A stretch of 64,000 bases of DNA from an uncultured Bacteroidales bacterium (GCA_937896895.1 CALBNV010000078.1:1408-65407), one strand, 5' to 3'; shown: positions 1-10,938, counted from the stretch's first letter. Notes: generated by a model from the letters alone, not told the origin. Translations and numbers: made by a program.

Positions 1-1375
1 TGGAGATGATATTGCCGACTATCTGTTTGATTTTCAGTTTGTCGGAGCTTACGAAAAGATGTGTCGGAAGTTCTTTGTGATAAACGAAACGCAGCTGTTT
101 GTTCTCGGCTATCGGTGAGAACATGGCACGGAGCTGGTCGCACAGCTCGCTGATGTCGAAGTCGGAGCGGACGTAATACTGGCGTCCCTGGTCGAGGCTC
201 GAGAACTCAAGGAGGTTCGACAGGAGCGAGAGGATGTGTTCTGATGAATATTTCATTGAATTGAGCCTCATAACATCTTGAGGCTGAAGCGGTTCGGTCT
301 TCATAAGGTCGATATATCCGATTATCGACGACAGCGGTGTCTTGATGTCGTGGGAGACCGAAAGCAGCAGTTTGTGACGGCTCTCCATGATTTCGGCGGT
401 TCGCTGCATGGCCTCTTCGCGTTCTCTTCTCGCCTTGGCGACTTTTTTCATGTCATGGAAAATCAACGTGATGAAAAGCAGGATGCAAGCCATTGCCACA
501 GTGCCGCTGTAGATGGAATAATCCAAATTCCTTTTTATCAGCACCTCGCTCTTCCGTATCTCCGTCATGACGCTGCTGAGCGTCTGCTTGTGAAGCGTCA
601 GGAGCAACACCGAGATCTCCTCAGAGATTCTCTGGTCGGCCTTGATCAGATTTTGGTATCTGTCCTCAACGGCTTTGATGTTTTTGAGATATTCCGCACG
701 GCCTTTCTCGCTGTATAGCTGTATGTCGCGCTTCAGACTCATTGTGTCTGCCGAAACTTCGTCTATCGTGTCGAACGTCATGTTTGTCACCATGATGACG
801 CTGTCGATGGCGTTGTCGGACGAGAACAGTCGCTCGAAAAAACCCTTTTTGCGGGCCTTGCGCACGATGGTGTCTTGCGTGGTGGTCACGATAACCTGCT
901 GTCTCCTTTCGGACTTGTAATTGATGATGATGTCATACAATTCATCGTATGGGTTGAAATCGTTGTATTGTTTTGATATGTTGCTTATAATCAGTTTCTT
1001 GCGGTCGAGAAGCGTGACGATATCGTCGAGGATGACCTTGTTTGTGGTGTCGTTTCCCGAATAAAAAACGATGGAGTCGTTGACGGCTTTTATGGAGTCC
1101 AACTTGTTTTTGTAAAGCGAAAACTGTTTTTTGTTACCCGAAAAAGTGTAAAGCTGTGCGTACGACTGAACTTCGTTCACTGTGATTATCAGGTCGTTGG
1201 TCAGGTTAAGGATTTTCTCGTTCCGTTTTATGTTAAGTCGTTGCTCCTCAATGGAAAGCCGGAGGCCGGAGATGTAATGAATCATCCCGACGCATAACAG
1301 CGAGACCAGCAGATATATGATTGCGGCGCTTATCCTGACCCTGCGCTCGTTGCCGCTTTTGTTCGTGTCTTTCAT
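1..1375 (-). CDS. sensor histidine kinase, N-terminal portion (3' end runs off the left edge)
   Basis: Absent from the ORF track because no stop codon lies in the window. My reverse-strand translation from the ATG (complement of 1373-1375) gives MKDTNKSGNERRVRISAAIIYLLVSLLCVGMIHY (TM helix). It then reaches an H-box, LLLSVSHDIKTPLSSIIGYIDL, at about 310-380. The + strand ORFs 278-718 and 642-920 are antisense shadows. Confidence 0.75.
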   Translation of the reverse strand, partial: MKDTNKSGNERRVRISAAIIYLLVSLLCVGMIHYISGLRLSIEEQRLNIKRNEKILNLTNDLIITVNEVQSYAQLYTFSGNKKQFSLYKNKLDSIKAVNDSIVFYSGNDTTNKVILDDIVTLLDRKKLIISNISKQYNDFNPYDELYDIIINYKSERRQQVIVTTTQDTIVRKARKKGFFERLFSSDNAIDSVIMVTNMTFDTIDEVSADTMSLKRDIQLYSEKGRAEYLKNIKAVEDRYQNLIKADQRISEEISVLLLTLHKQTLSSVMTEIRKSEVLIKRNLDYSIYSGTVAMACILLFITLIFHDMKKVAKARREREEAMQRTAEIMESRHKLLLSVSHDIKTPLSSIIGYIDLMKTEPLQPQDVMRLNSMKYSSEHILSLLSNLLEFSSLDQGRQYYVRSDFDISELCDQLRAMFSPIAENKQLRFVYHKELPTHLFVSSDKLKIKQIVGNIIS

Positions 1376-1489
1376 ACCTTTTATAAAATATGCAAATTTA
1401 GATTATTTTTTTGATTGGTAAAATGATTATTTTAATATCTTTGCCATAATTTTTTTTGATAAATCAAATAGATAAATAATTGTTAATCA

Positions 1490-2512
1490 ATGGTTAATAT
1501 GAGAAGATTGCTCGTGCTGCTTGTGGCGGTGACGCTCGTTGGCTGCGCTGATAAGTCTGCGCCAAAGGAAAAGTTCAATCCGGTGATACCCGTCAAAGTG
1601 ATGACGGTGGAGGAAATTGACAAGGACAACTACAGAAATTACATCGGAGTATTGAAGAGTGAGGTGGAGATGCCGCTTTCGTTCATGTATGGCGGAACGA
1701 TTGTCGGGGTGTACACCCATAACGGACAGTATGTGAAAAAAGGCGATTTGCTGGCTCGTGTCGATGATGTTGCGGCACGCAGTTTGCATGAGACGGCACT
1801 CGCGTCGTTGCGTCAGGCGGAAGACGGTTATGAACGCCTGAAGAAGGTCCACGATGAAGGGGGAATCAGTGACGTCCGCTGGGTGCAGATGCTCACTGAC
1901 TTGGAAAAAGCGCGTCAGGCTGAGATCTCGACGCGCAATCACTTGGAGTGCTGTTCTTTGTACGCCCCGCAGGATGGCGTGGTGAGCATGGACGACATAT
2001 CTGTGGGGACCGACATTCGTCCGACGCAGACTTTCTGCCGGCTTGTTGACCTTGACAAGATGGTCGTGACGTTCACCGTTCCGGAAAAAGAAGTCGGTCT
2101 GGTGAGTGTCGGCGACAAGGCTTTCTCAAGGCTTCCGGCACTGAATAACGAGGAATATGAAATTATGGTATATGACAAATCGCTGATTGCCAATCCGTTA
2201 GGGCATACATACGCGGTGCGGGCAAGATTCGTGTCGGAGGCGAATAAAGCGTTGCTGCCAGGCATGATAGCCAAAATCAGCATGTCGGCGGCGGCCACGA
2301 CAGGCATCATCGTGCCGGCATCGTGTGTGCAGACTGTCGCTAAAGGTACCGCGGTGTGGGTGGTGAAAGACGGAGCCGTGTCGCGTCGCATGATAGAAGT
2401 CGGCGAATTTGTCAGAAACGGAGTCCTCGTGAAGAGCGGGTTGGATTACGGTGACGTCGTGGTGATGGAAGGTTATCACAAACTATATGAGGGCGCAAAG
2501 GTTTCATACTGA
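1490..2512 (+). CDS. efflux RND transporter periplasmic adaptor (membrane fusion protein)
   Basis: 340 aa with a lipoprotein-type signal (LLVAVTLVGC) and MFP-like layout. It sits directly upstream of an AcrB-type permease and a TolC-type gene. Confidence 0.85.
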   Translation: MVNMRRLLVLLVAVTLVGCADKSAPKEKFNPVIPVKVMTVEEIDKDNYRNYIGVLKSEVEMPLSFMYGGTIVGVYTHNGQYVKKGDLLARVDDVAARSLHETALASLRQAEDGYERLKKVHDEGGISDVRWVQMLTDLEKARQAEISTRNHLECCSLYAPQDGVVSMDDISVGTDIRPTQTFCRLVDLDKMVVTFTVPEKEVGLVSVGDKAFSRLPALNNEEYEIMVYDKSLIANPLGHTYAVRARFVSEANKALLPGMIAKISMSAAATTGIIVPASCVQTVAKGTAVWVVKDGAVSRRMIEVGEFVRNGVLVKSGLDYGDVVVMEGYHKLYEGAKVSY

Positions 2513-2546
2513 ATGAGATAAAGTCATAACCCGAAATTTGTCGTTT

Positions 2547-5500
2547 ATGGAGAAAAAAAGAAATATAGTCGAGTCGGCGATGAAGAACAACGGGATAGTG
2601 TTTTTCTTCCTGATTGTTCTTGTCGTGTTCGGATTCTGGGCGTTGCCCCAGCTGAAGAAGAACGAGTTCCCTGACGTCACGATACGCCAGGGTGTCGTCG
2701 CGGTTGTCTATCCCGGCGCGACGGCCCAGGAGATAGAGGAGCGTGTGGCCGGCGTCACGGAACAGTATCTGTTCACCTTCGGCGATGTGAACAAGAAAAA
2801 GACTTACTCGTATTCAAGAGACGGCATGTTGTACATCTTCGTGACATTGAACAACGACACGAAAGACGCGAAGATGACATGGTCGCGCATCCGTCAGGGA
2901 CTGACGTTGTTCAAGACACAGTCGCTGCCGCAGGGTGTTCTCGCCACCGCCGTCATTGATGATTTCGGCAATGCGTCGTCGCTGCTTCTCGCCATCGAGA
3001 GCGACCAGCGCCCGTCAAGGGAATTGCGGGAATATGCAGACAAGCTCGCGGCCAAGCTGCGTGACATCGAGACGATGGGCAACATCAAGGTGATAGGCGA
3101 GGAGAAGGAGGAGATAGCGATACACATGGACCCGTCACTCATGACGATGTATCCCGTGTCGCCATCGACAATATCTGCGGAATTGGCCGCCCACAGCCTT
3201 CGTACGATTACGGGAAAGGCTGATAACGAAGACGGTAACGCCATCGTGCACGTCAATGTCCCTTATGGCAGCGTCTATGACCTGTCAGAACTTATCGTGT
3301 TCTCTGATCCGGTGACGGGACAGACGGTGAAACTGCGCGACGTGGCACGCATCGAACGCCGTTATCAGGAGGCTTCAGAATATATATTGTATTCCGACAG
3401 TCTCGTGGATAACAACAGATGCATCATGCTCTCAATGGAGATGCGCCCAGGCTACAATATCGTCGATTTCGGAAAGGAAGCCGATGAGGTCATTGACGCG
3501 TTTCTCGCCAAGACTCCTCAGGACATCCGCGTGCACCGCATCACCGACCAGCCCGTGGTGGTGAACAAATCGGTGTGGTCGTTCATGAAAGACCTTATCG
3601 CCGCCATCTTGATAGTCATCGTCGTCATGCTGACCCTGTTCCCGATCCGCACTGCCCTCGTGTCATCGACATCGGTGCCTGTGTGTATCGCCGCCGCATG
3701 GGCTGTCATGTATCTGTTTGGAATTGAACTGAATACCGTCACTCTGGCCGCACTTATCGTCGTATTGGGCATGGTGGTCGATGACTCTGTGGTGGTGATA
3801 GACGGCTACATCGACTACGTGAACGAAGGCTATTCGCGGTGGTATTCCGCCACGGTATCGACAAGAAACCTGATGTCGTCGATGATCATAGCGACATGCG
3901 CCATAACATGTATCTTCTTCCCGATGCTGTCAATCATGAAAGGCACGGAGCTTGGCGACTTCATCAATTTGTTCCCTTGGGCGATATTCATCACACTGGC
4001 GTTCAGCTTCTTGTACGCCATCTGGGTTATCCCTTACATGTCTGTCAGAATGATTGGGCCAACCAATAAGAACAAGCCTTCCGCCATCGACAAGATGCAG
4101 TCAGTGTTCTTCTCAGGCTTGCAGAACGGCTACAAGAAACTCCTTGACATCTGTTTCAAACATAAAGTGGGTACGATAGCCGTGGCGGTGCTTTTCGTTT
4201 TGTTAGGCTTGTTCCTGTTTACACGGCTCAACATTCAGATGCTTCCGAAGGCTGAACGTGACAGTTTCGCCGTCGAGATTCATCTGGCACATGGCTGCTC
4301 GATAGAGGAGACGGCAGAGGCCGCCGACGTGCTTTCCAAACTCTTGAAACAAGACAAACGCGTCGTCTCTGTGACATCGTTCATCGGGATGTCATCGCCG
4401 CGTTTCCACATGACATACGCACCTCAACTTGCATCAAACGCCTATTCACAGTTCATAGTTAATACCGTTTCTGAGACTGCCACAAAGGAAATGATTGCCG
4501 AATACGCCCAGAAATATGAGAACATTTTGCCGAACGCGCAGATACGCTTCAAGCAGATGGACTATAATTCTTCACCTGCACCTGTCGAATATTTCCTCAT
4601 GGCCGATGAATATGAACTGATGGAACCGATTCGCGACTCAATCATCAAATTCATGAAACAGGACGAAAATCTTTTCTACGTGAATTCGGATTATGATGAT
4701 ACTGAAGAGATTATCGAAGTGGAACTCATTCCGGAAGAGGCGAACCAACTCGGGGTGACGCAGGCCGTGTTGTCGGTGTATCTGTCGAATGCCTTGTCGG
4801 GCAACAAAATGCTCTCGGTATGGGAAGGTAATTACAGATTGACGACATCAATTTACACTGAAGGAGTTCACGATATTGATTATGAGTCGATTAACGATTT
4901 GCTGGTTCCGACAATAAAGCCTGGGATGTGGGTGCCGTTACGTCAAGTCGCCAAGCTGCGTCCGCATTTCATCCACAACAACCTCACGCACCGTAATGGC
5001 AGACGCAGCATCACCATCTCTGCTGACGTCATGCCGAATGCCGGTCAGCTTGCGGAGTTCAAGAAAATCGACGACTACATCAAGACCCTTGACATCCCTG
5101 AAGACGTGACGATACAGCAAGGCGGCTCGGCACGCCTGACGAAGGAGACGATGCCGTCAATCATCATGTCGATAGTGGCCGCCATAATCGTGATGTTTGT
5201 CATCCTGATTTTCCACTACCAGGGAATCGGCATCTCGGTGCTCTCGCTCTCTGTGTCAGTGCTTTGCATCTTCGGCTCGACATTCGGACTGTGGCTGTTC
5301 GGTTTGGATATGTCGGTGACGGCGATACTTGGTCTTATCTCACTCATCGGCATCATCGTGCGAAATGCCGTCATTATGTATGATTACGCTAATGAACTTA
5401 TTGAGAAAGAACATCTTACACCTGGTCAGGCCGCATATAACGCTGGTATGCGCCGCATGCGCCCGATATTCTTGACTTCTGTCGCGGCCGCTCTCGGCGT

Positions 5501-5663
5501 CGTCCCGATGATAATCGCGCGGACGCTGCTCTGGGAGCCGATGGGCGTGGTGATATGCTTCGGAACACTCATCACTTTCCCGCTTGTGGTGACGGTGCTT
5601 CCTGTCGCTTTCAGCCTCGCCTTTGACGGCAAGAAGAATAAACGTGAAATTGAAGAAGAATAG
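2547..5663 (+). CDS. efflux RND transporter permease (AcrB/HAE1-like)
   Basis: About 1038 aa from ATG 2547; the track starts at an in-frame TTG at 2538. It shows the typical 12-TM architecture with two large periplasmic loops, between the adaptor and the outer membrane factor. Confidence 0.9.
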   Translation: MEKKRNIVESAMKNNGIVFFFLIVLVVFGFWALPQLKKNEFPDVTIRQGVVAVVYPGATAQEIEERVAGVTEQYLFTFGDVNKKKTYSYSRDGMLYIFVTLNNDTKDAKMTWSRIRQGLTLFKTQSLPQGVLATAVIDDFGNASSLLLAIESDQRPSRELREYADKLAAKLRDIETMGNIKVIGEEKEEIAIHMDPSLMTMYPVSPSTISAELAAHSLRTITGKADNEDGNAIVHVNVPYGSVYDLSELIVFSDPVTGQTVKLRDVARIERRYQEASEYILYSDSLVDNNRCIMLSMEMRPGYNIVDFGKEADEVIDAFLAKTPQDIRVHRITDQPVVVNKSVWSFMKDLIAAILIVIVVMLTLFPIRTALVSSTSVPVCIAAAWAVMYLFGIELNTVTLAALIVVLGMVVDDSVVVIDGYIDYVNEGYSRWYSATVSTRNLMSSMIIATCAITCIFFPMLSIMKGTELGDFINLFPWAIFITLAFSFLYAIWVIPYMSVRMIGPTNKNKPSAIDKMQSVFFSGLQNGYKKLLDICFKHKVGTIAVAVLFVLLGLFLFTRLNIQMLPKAERDSFAVEIHLAHGCSIEETAEAADVLSKLLKQDKRVVSVTSFIGMSSPRFHMTYAPQLASNAYSQFIVNTVSETATKEMIAEYAQKYENILPNAQIRFKQMDYNSSPAPVEYFLMADEYELMEPIRDSIIKFMKQDENLFYVNSDYDDTEEIIEVELIPEEANQLGVTQAVLSVYLSNALSGNKMLSVWEGNYRLTTSIYTEGVHDIDYESINDLLVPTIKPGMWVPLRQVAKLRPHFIHNNLTHRNGRRSITISADVMPNAGQLAEFKKIDDYIKTLDIPEDVTIQQGGSARLTKETMPSIIMSIVAAIIVMFVILIFHYQGIGISVLSLSVSVLCIFGSTFGLWLFGLDMSVTAILGLISLIGIIVRNAVIMYDYANELIEKEHLTPGQAAYNAGMRRMRPIFLTSVAAALGVVPMIIARTLLWEPMGVVICFGTLITFPLVVTVLPVAFSLAFDGKKNKREIEEE

Positions 5664-5686
5664 TTTTTGATTCAAGACATAACAAC

Positions 5687-7021
5687 ATGAGAAATAATAT
5701 GAAAAAATATATTTTTGCCGCAGTGATAGTGCTTCTCGCCACATGGCTCAAGGCGCAAGACGTGCTGACCATCGACTCGTGTTTCGCATTGGCGAAGGCA
5801 AACAACGCTGAACTGAAGACAAAACGTCTCGACATACAGAGGGCGCAAGAGGTTAAGGCACAGGTTTTTACCAAGTATTTCCCTCAAGTCAGCGGGTCGG
5901 TGATGGGTTATGCCGCCGCAAATCCGCTGTTGAGGTTCGGTGTCGAAGACATTTCAAATGAAGATGTACGTGTGTTGTTGCAAGGCATAGTGGAATTCTT
6001 TGAACCCATTACCGGTTTCAACGGTGAGTTCGCGTTTCTTGAAAATGGTGTGACTGCCGGACTCACAGTCGGACAGCCCGTGTTCATGGGCGGCAGGATT
6101 GTCAATGGCAACAAACTCGCGAAATTAGGTGTCAACGCCGCCGAGCTGAATGCCGAAGTCACTGAACGTGAAGTGCTTGAGAATATTGAGACGACATATT
6201 ACCTCGTGGTCGGACTTCAGCAGAAAGTCAAGACAATCGACAATGCACTTGCTCTTCTCGATACGTTGGACAGAGTGGTGCAGGTGTCGCTGAAAGCCGG
6301 CCTCATCACTTCCAATGACGCGTTGCGCGTGTCGCTTGAACGTAACAAACTAAACGCACAGCAGCTGCAACTCAACAATGGGATTCATCTTGCGTCAATG
6401 CTGCTCTGCCAGCAGATCGGCATCGAACTGCCTGAAAACGGCCTGACCCTTGAATTTCATGACGAAACTGTCAGTCAGGATGAGAATCCGGATTTTGTCA
6501 GACCTGAAGCGGAACTCCTTGACCTGCAGATACAGGCGGAGAAGCTGCGTAAGAAAATGACCCTTGGCGAATCGCTGCCTAATGTCATCGTGGGAGGCAC
6601 CGGCTATTATGGTAATTTGATTAACAAGAGATTCAAAGCCAACGCCATCGCCTTCGCACGTCTCTCAATCCCGATGACACAGTGGTGGGAGACTTCACAC
6701 AAACTCAAAGAACATAAAATAAAGATTGAGATGTATGAACTTGACAGACAGGATCTTACAGAGAAGATGTCGCTTCAGGAAAAACAAGTTTACAATAACA
6801 TGATTGAGGCGGAGGTGCTGCTAAAGTCCGATTCAGCTGCCTACGATATGGCCCGCGAAAACTACAGGATTGCAAGTATCAACTACTCGGCTGGACTTAA
6901 CACAATCAGCGATGTCCTCGAAGCGAGCACTTTGATGTTGCAAGCCGACAACGCCATCATCGACAGGAATATCTCTCTCATTTCGGCCAAACGCAGATAC
7001 CACGATTTGACGGGGAAGTAG
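5687..7021 (+). CDS. TolC-family outer membrane efflux protein
   Basis: 444 aa with a signal peptide (IFAAVIVLLATWLKAQ) and a two-repeat OMF-like sequence. It is the third gene of the RND operon. Confidence 0.85.
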   Translation: MRNNMKKYIFAAVIVLLATWLKAQDVLTIDSCFALAKANNAELKTKRLDIQRAQEVKAQVFTKYFPQVSGSVMGYAAANPLLRFGVEDISNEDVRVLLQGIVEFFEPITGFNGEFAFLENGVTAGLTVGQPVFMGGRIVNGNKLAKLGVNAAELNAEVTEREVLENIETTYYLVVGLQQKVKTIDNALALLDTLDRVVQVSLKAGLITSNDALRVSLERNKLNAQQLQLNNGIHLASMLLCQQIGIELPENGLTLEFHDETVSQDENPDFVRPEAELLDLQIQAEKLRKKMTLGESLPNVIVGGTGYYGNLINKRFKANAIAFARLSIPMTQWWETSHKLKEHKIKIEMYELDRQDLTEKMSLQEKQVYNNMIEAEVLLKSDSAAYDMARENYRIASINYSAGLNTISDVLEASTLMLQADNAIIDRNISLISAKRRYHDLTGK

Positions 7022-7043
7022 TTCTGTCGGAAATATGTTAATT

Positions 7044-7079
7044 AAAGCGCATTGAATGTCAGTGCGCTTTAACTTTTTT
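7044..7079. terminator. bidirectional stem-loop terminator between convergent genes
   Basis: AAAGCGCA (7044-7051) pairs with TGCGCTTT (7063-7070) and is followed by a T-run. It lies between the stop codons of the TolC-like (+) and DUF1343 (-) genes. Confidence 0.5.
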
Positions 7080-8268
7080 AGTAGATAAGATATTTCTCCC
7101 TGATTTTCAGATATTTATCAATGTCATCCTGCCACGATGCGCGAATCTCGTCTTCCGTGACGCCATCGTTTATCATCTCGCGCAGACTCTTCACGCCTGC
7201 GAGTTTCTCGAAGTAACTGTTGAAGAACTTGTCATCGTCTTTGAGCTGTTCCCGTGCGTCGATAAGCCATTGAAGCTGAATGCGTTGTTTGTTTTTCTTG
7301 AAGTTGTTTGCATATCCGGTGAGGTCTTTCCCATGACATTCCTTGTCGGAATACAACGGAGCGTTGTGGCCGGCAGCGGTTCTTGGAGTGAATGAGAAAG
7401 CATCGTTCATCTGCGGGTGTCCGTAGATCTGGAACGGCATCTCTGTCCCGCGTCCGACGCTGACATCGGTGCCCTCGAAGAGACAGAGCGATGGGTAGAG
7501 ATAAACCGCCTGCCAGTTTGGAAGGTTAGGTGACGGCTTCACCGGAAGTCTGTATATCGCGTTTCTGACATAATTTCTCATCGGGATGACAGTGAGCTCG
7601 CATTGGACGCTGTCTCTCAGCCAATGCTCGCCGTTGACCATCTCGGCGTATTCCCCGATTGTAAGTCCATAGACCACAGGCACTTGGTGCATCCCGACAA
7701 ATGATGAGAACTCTGGCTCAAGCACAGGGCCGTCAACGTAAAAACCGTTGGGGTTGGGGCGGTCTAGGACGATGACTGGTATGTCGTTTTCGGCGGCGGC
7801 TTCCATTACGTATGTCATTGTTGAGATGTAAGTGTAAAAACGCACCCCGACATCCTGAAGGTCAAACAGCAGAATGTCAATGCCTTGCAGCTGCTCCGCG
7901 GTCGGCTTTTTGTTTTTTCCGTACAGCGAGACTATCGGAAGGCCGGTCTTGGCATCGATGCCAGAAGCGATCGCCGCGCCTTCGTCGGCCAATCCGCGGA
8001 ATCCGTGTTCAGGCGAGAAAATCCTGACGACGTTGATGCCAGAGTTTAACAACGTATCGACAAGATGCACTCCGGCGAACGTACTCGCTTGATTTGCAAC
8101 GACTCCGACGTTTTTGTCCTTCAGCAACGGAAGGTAAAACTCTGTCCTTGACGCTCCGACACCGGCGTCTTCGGCGTCAAGCAATAATATTTTTTTGCAC
8201 CCTTGCGCATTGACATTCAATGATATTAATAAAATTGTCACAAAAACGGATAAAAAAAATTTTCGCAT
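7078..8268 (-). CDS. DUF1343 family protein (exo-beta-N-acetylmuramidase NamZ-like)
   Basis: 396 aa with a signal peptide. Motifs GVVANQAS, RIFSPEHGFRG, DLQDVGVRFYTYISTM and VLDRPNPNG are characteristic of DUF1343/YbbC/NamZ proteins. Confidence 0.8.
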   Translation of the reverse strand: MRKFFLSVFVTILLISLNVNAQGCKKILLLDAEDAGVGASRTEFYLPLLKDKNVGVVANQASTFAGVHLVDTLLNSGINVVRIFSPEHGFRGLADEGAAIASGIDAKTGLPIVSLYGKNKKPTAEQLQGIDILLFDLQDVGVRFYTYISTMTYVMEAAAENDIPVIVLDRPNPNGFYVDGPVLEPEFSSFVGMHQVPVVYGLTIGEYAEMVNGEHWLRDSVQCELTVIPMRNYVRNAIYRLPVKPSPNLPNWQAVYLYPSLCLFEGTDVSVGRGTEMPFQIYGHPQMNDAFSFTPRTAAGHNAPLYSDKECHGKDLTGYANNFKKNKQRIQLQWLIDAREQLKDDDKFFNSYFEKLAGVKSLREMINDGVTEDEIRASWQDDIDKYLKIREKYLIY

Positions 8269-8297
8269 ACGAGATATTTATTTATTTTTGCAATTAT

Positions 8298-9527
8298 ATG
8301 AAAAATATGAACGCGGCAACATTTATATCGAAAAGAATTTTTTCATTGTCGAAGGCAAATCTCTCTTCGACGGTAATGCGTATCGCCGTTGCCAGTGTCG
8401 CCCTCGGAATCGCTATCATGTTGGTTTCCATCGCTATAGTTGTAGGTTTTAAGAATCAAATAAAGGACAAGGTCATCGGGTTTGTCGCGCCGATTCATGT
8501 ACAGACGTTGAACCAAAATGAGTCGATAGAAGAGACGCCTTTTTTGTATGACAGCGTGCTGAAAGCACGTCTTGACAAGCCTTTCATCACTGCAGTGTAT
8601 CCGACGGCTAACAAGGCCGGCATCATCAAAACCGATGACGAGATTCAGGCGGTTGTGCTCAAAGGCGTCGATTCAAGCTATGACTGGGATTACATCGGAG
8701 CGAATCTTAAAGTCGGAGATGTTCCGCAATATGTTGATGATGAACGTTCTAACGAAATAATAATATCGAAAATCATCGCGGACAAGATGGAACTTTCTGT
8801 CGGCGATGACGTCAGGATTTGGTTTGTCGATAGTGACATGAAGGCGAGGGGAAGGAAGTTTTCGGTCAAAGGCGTTTATGAGACAGGTCTTTCGGAATGC
8901 GATGAGCGTTTCGTCTATTGCGACCTGAATCAGATAAGAAAACTTAATGGTTGGAAAGACGAAGAGGTCGGCCATCTCGAGATACGTATTGATGAAAAAG
9001 TTGATGTCGCCGAGGCGAACCGTTTTGTCTATTTCAGCATTCCGCCTGAACTTGTGTCATATACCGCCATGGAAAGCTACCCGCATATTTTCGACTGGCT
9101 CAATCTGCAAGACATGAATGTGCTCATCATCATCGTGTTGATGCTGCTTGTGGCGGGTATAACAATAATCAGTATGTTGCTGATAATTATACTCGAAAAG
9201 ACTTCAACCATCGGATTGCTGAAATCAATGGGGGCGAGCAACCAACTGGTAAGGCAAATTTTCCTGAGGCGTTCATGCCGCATATTATTAATAGGTATGC
9301 TGATTGGCAATGTGGTCGGAATAGGCATCTGCCTGATCCAGAAGACGACGAATATAATCTCACTGTCGCCGGAATCTTACTATCTGTCGTCGGTGCCAAT
9401 CGAGTTAAATTGGACTTATTTTGCAATGCTTAACATCGGGACATTTGTGGTGTGGATTGTGATGCTTTTGATTCCAACTATGTTGATAAATAATATAAGA
9501 CCTTCAAAATCAATAAGATTTGAGTAA
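8298..9527 (+). CDS. ABC transporter permease, FtsX/LolE-like
   Basis: Has an N-terminal TM, a large periplasmic MacB-like domain and a C-terminal FtsX 3-TM bundle (KSMGASNQLVRQIF). I prefer the start at ATG 8298 (MKNMNAATF) because the track start at 8220 overlaps the divergent gene. Confidence 0.8.
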   Translation: MKNMNAATFISKRIFSLSKANLSSTVMRIAVASVALGIAIMLVSIAIVVGFKNQIKDKVIGFVAPIHVQTLNQNESIEETPFLYDSVLKARLDKPFITAVYPTANKAGIIKTDDEIQAVVLKGVDSSYDWDYIGANLKVGDVPQYVDDERSNEIIISKIIADKMELSVGDDVRIWFVDSDMKARGRKFSVKGVYETGLSECDERFVYCDLNQIRKLNGWKDEEVGHLEIRIDEKVDVAEANRFVYFSIPPELVSYTAMESYPHIFDWLNLQDMNVLIIIVLMLLVAGITIISMLLIIILEKTSTIGLLKSMGASNQLVRQIFLRRSCRILLIGMLIGNVVGIGICLIQKTTNIISLSPESYYLSSVPIELNWTYFAMLNIGTFVVWIVMLLIPTMLINNIRPSKSIRFE

Positions 9528-9551
9528 TTTAAATTAAAAAGTAACTGAAAA

Positions 9552-9977
9552 ATGGGAAATTTTACAATTGAACCTTTAAAAGGATTCGGCGATCTCAGAT
9601 TTAAGATGACGCTTGATGAAGTGGTGAAACTCATTGGAAAACCAGACAAACAGGAAAAGATTGAACCAATAGAAGAGGGTGATGACAACAATGTCGTTGT
9701 CCTTGATTACTACGACCTTGACATGTCGTTGTATTTCGAGGGCAACGCTGTGCCAAAGCTTTACAACATCTATACCGTCAATGAAAACACGACTCTTTAC
9801 GATGCGAAACTGTTTGACCTCAACAAGGATGAAATCATCGAGTTGATGAAACAGAACGGCTGCGAGAAATACACGGAAGACACAGACGACGGCGACTGCG
9901 TCACTTTCGATGATGTCAATATTGACATGTATTTTGAAGAGAATGAGTTGGTTGAGGTTTTCTGGGGAGAAGAGTGA
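9552..9977 (+). CDS. hypothetical small acidic protein
   Basis: 141-aa ORF, very acidic, with no TM or signal peptide. Coding is supported only by ORF length and spacing. The antisense ORFs 9576-10010 and 9797-10030 are rejected. Confidence 0.5.
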   Translation: MGNFTIEPLKGFGDLRFKMTLDEVVKLIGKPDKQEKIEPIEEGDDNNVVVLDYYDLDMSLYFEGNAVPKLYNIYTVNENTTLYDAKLFDLNKDEIIELMKQNGCEKYTEDTDDGDCVTFDDVNIDMYFEENELVEVFWGEE

Positions 9978-10032
9978 GGCTGATGGTTTTGAGATGAAAA
10001 TATTCTGCACCTTGAGTTTTCAGGGTGCATTT

Positions 10033-10938
10033 TTATTTGAAGCGCGGATGATGCTGAATCATGACCTGACGCAGATATTCATCGGAGATATGAGTGTAAA
10101 TCTCTGTGGTACAGATGTTTGAGTGTCCGAGCATCTGCTGCACTGCACGCAGGTCGGCGCCGCCTTCGATGAGGTGTGTGGCGAAAGAATGCCGGAATGT
10201 GTGCGGGCTTATCTCCTTGTGGATGCCTGCTTTCTCGGCGAGGCCTTTCACCAAAAGGAACACGCTCTGACGTGTCAGGCTCGTGCCGCGTCTGCTGATG
10301 AAGACCTTGTCGCTGAATTTCGGCTTGATGTCTTGATGCAGGCGTTCGCCTTTGACGTAAAGCATCAGCTCTTTCAATGTCTTTCTGCCTATCGGGACGA
10401 GCCGTTCCTTGTCACCTTTGCCAAAGACTTTTAAAAACTCGTCTTTTTCAAATATATCGCTGACATTCAATGAGATGACTTCCGAGACGCGCAATCCGCA
10501 ACCATACATCACCTCGATAATCGCTTTATTGCGGTGACCAAACGGCTGACTTAAATCAATGCTTGAAATCATTTTCATAATCTCCTCGAAACTAAGTACT
10601 TCCGGCAGATGTCTCCCGATGGATGGCGATGAGATGAGTTCGGTGGGATTCTCCTCACAGATGTTTTCCTGAATGAGATAACGGTAAAAACTTTTCAGGC
10701 CGGATAATATCCTCGCCTGCGATGTCGCGCTGATGCCGAGTTCGAAAAGCTGCGCGAAAAACTCCTCAATCCTTTCCTGACCGATGTCGCTGATTGACAT
10801 GCTAACTCCTTTATTCTCAAGAAACTGCCTGAAAAGTTCAACGTCATGGCTGTACGCCGCCACGCTGTTGTCGGACAGCGAAAGCTCAAGTCTGAGATAG
10901 TCGGAGAAACGCCGGATTATGGTTGAGTCGAGAATCAT
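10033..10938 (-). CDS. xerD: site-specific tyrosine recombinase XerD
   Basis: 301 aa with an N-terminal SAM-like domain. The catalytic region shows R (GLRVSE), HTFRHSFATHL, LGHSNICTTEIYTH and the final Tyr. Confidence 0.85.
   Translation of the reverse strand: MILDSTIIRRFSDYLRLELSLSDNSVAAYSHDVELFRQFLENKGVSMSISDIGQERIEEFFAQLFELGISATSQARILSGLKSFYRYLIQENICEENPTELISSPSIGRHLPEVLSFEEIMKMISSIDLSQPFGHRNKAIIEVMYGCGLRVSEVISLNVSDIFEKDEFLKVFGKGDKERLVPIGRKTLKELMLYVKGERLHQDIKPKFSDKVFISRRGTSLTRQSVFLLVKGLAEKAGIHKEISPHTFRHSFATHLIEGGADLRAVQQMLGHSNICTTEIYTHISDEYLRQVMIQHHPRFK

Noticed and set aside
278-920. Two + strand ORFs (146 and 92 aa) at the left edge
   Set aside because: They overlap the minus-strand histidine kinase reading frame, which contains a clear H-box and TM segments. 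The + strand translations have no recognisable features.
10033-10938. XerD-type recombinase as a marker of a mobile element
   Set aside because: It has full-length housekeeping XerD features. It has no flanking repeats, no cargo-like neighbours and no compositional anomaly, so it is treated as the chromosomal dimer-resolution recombinase.
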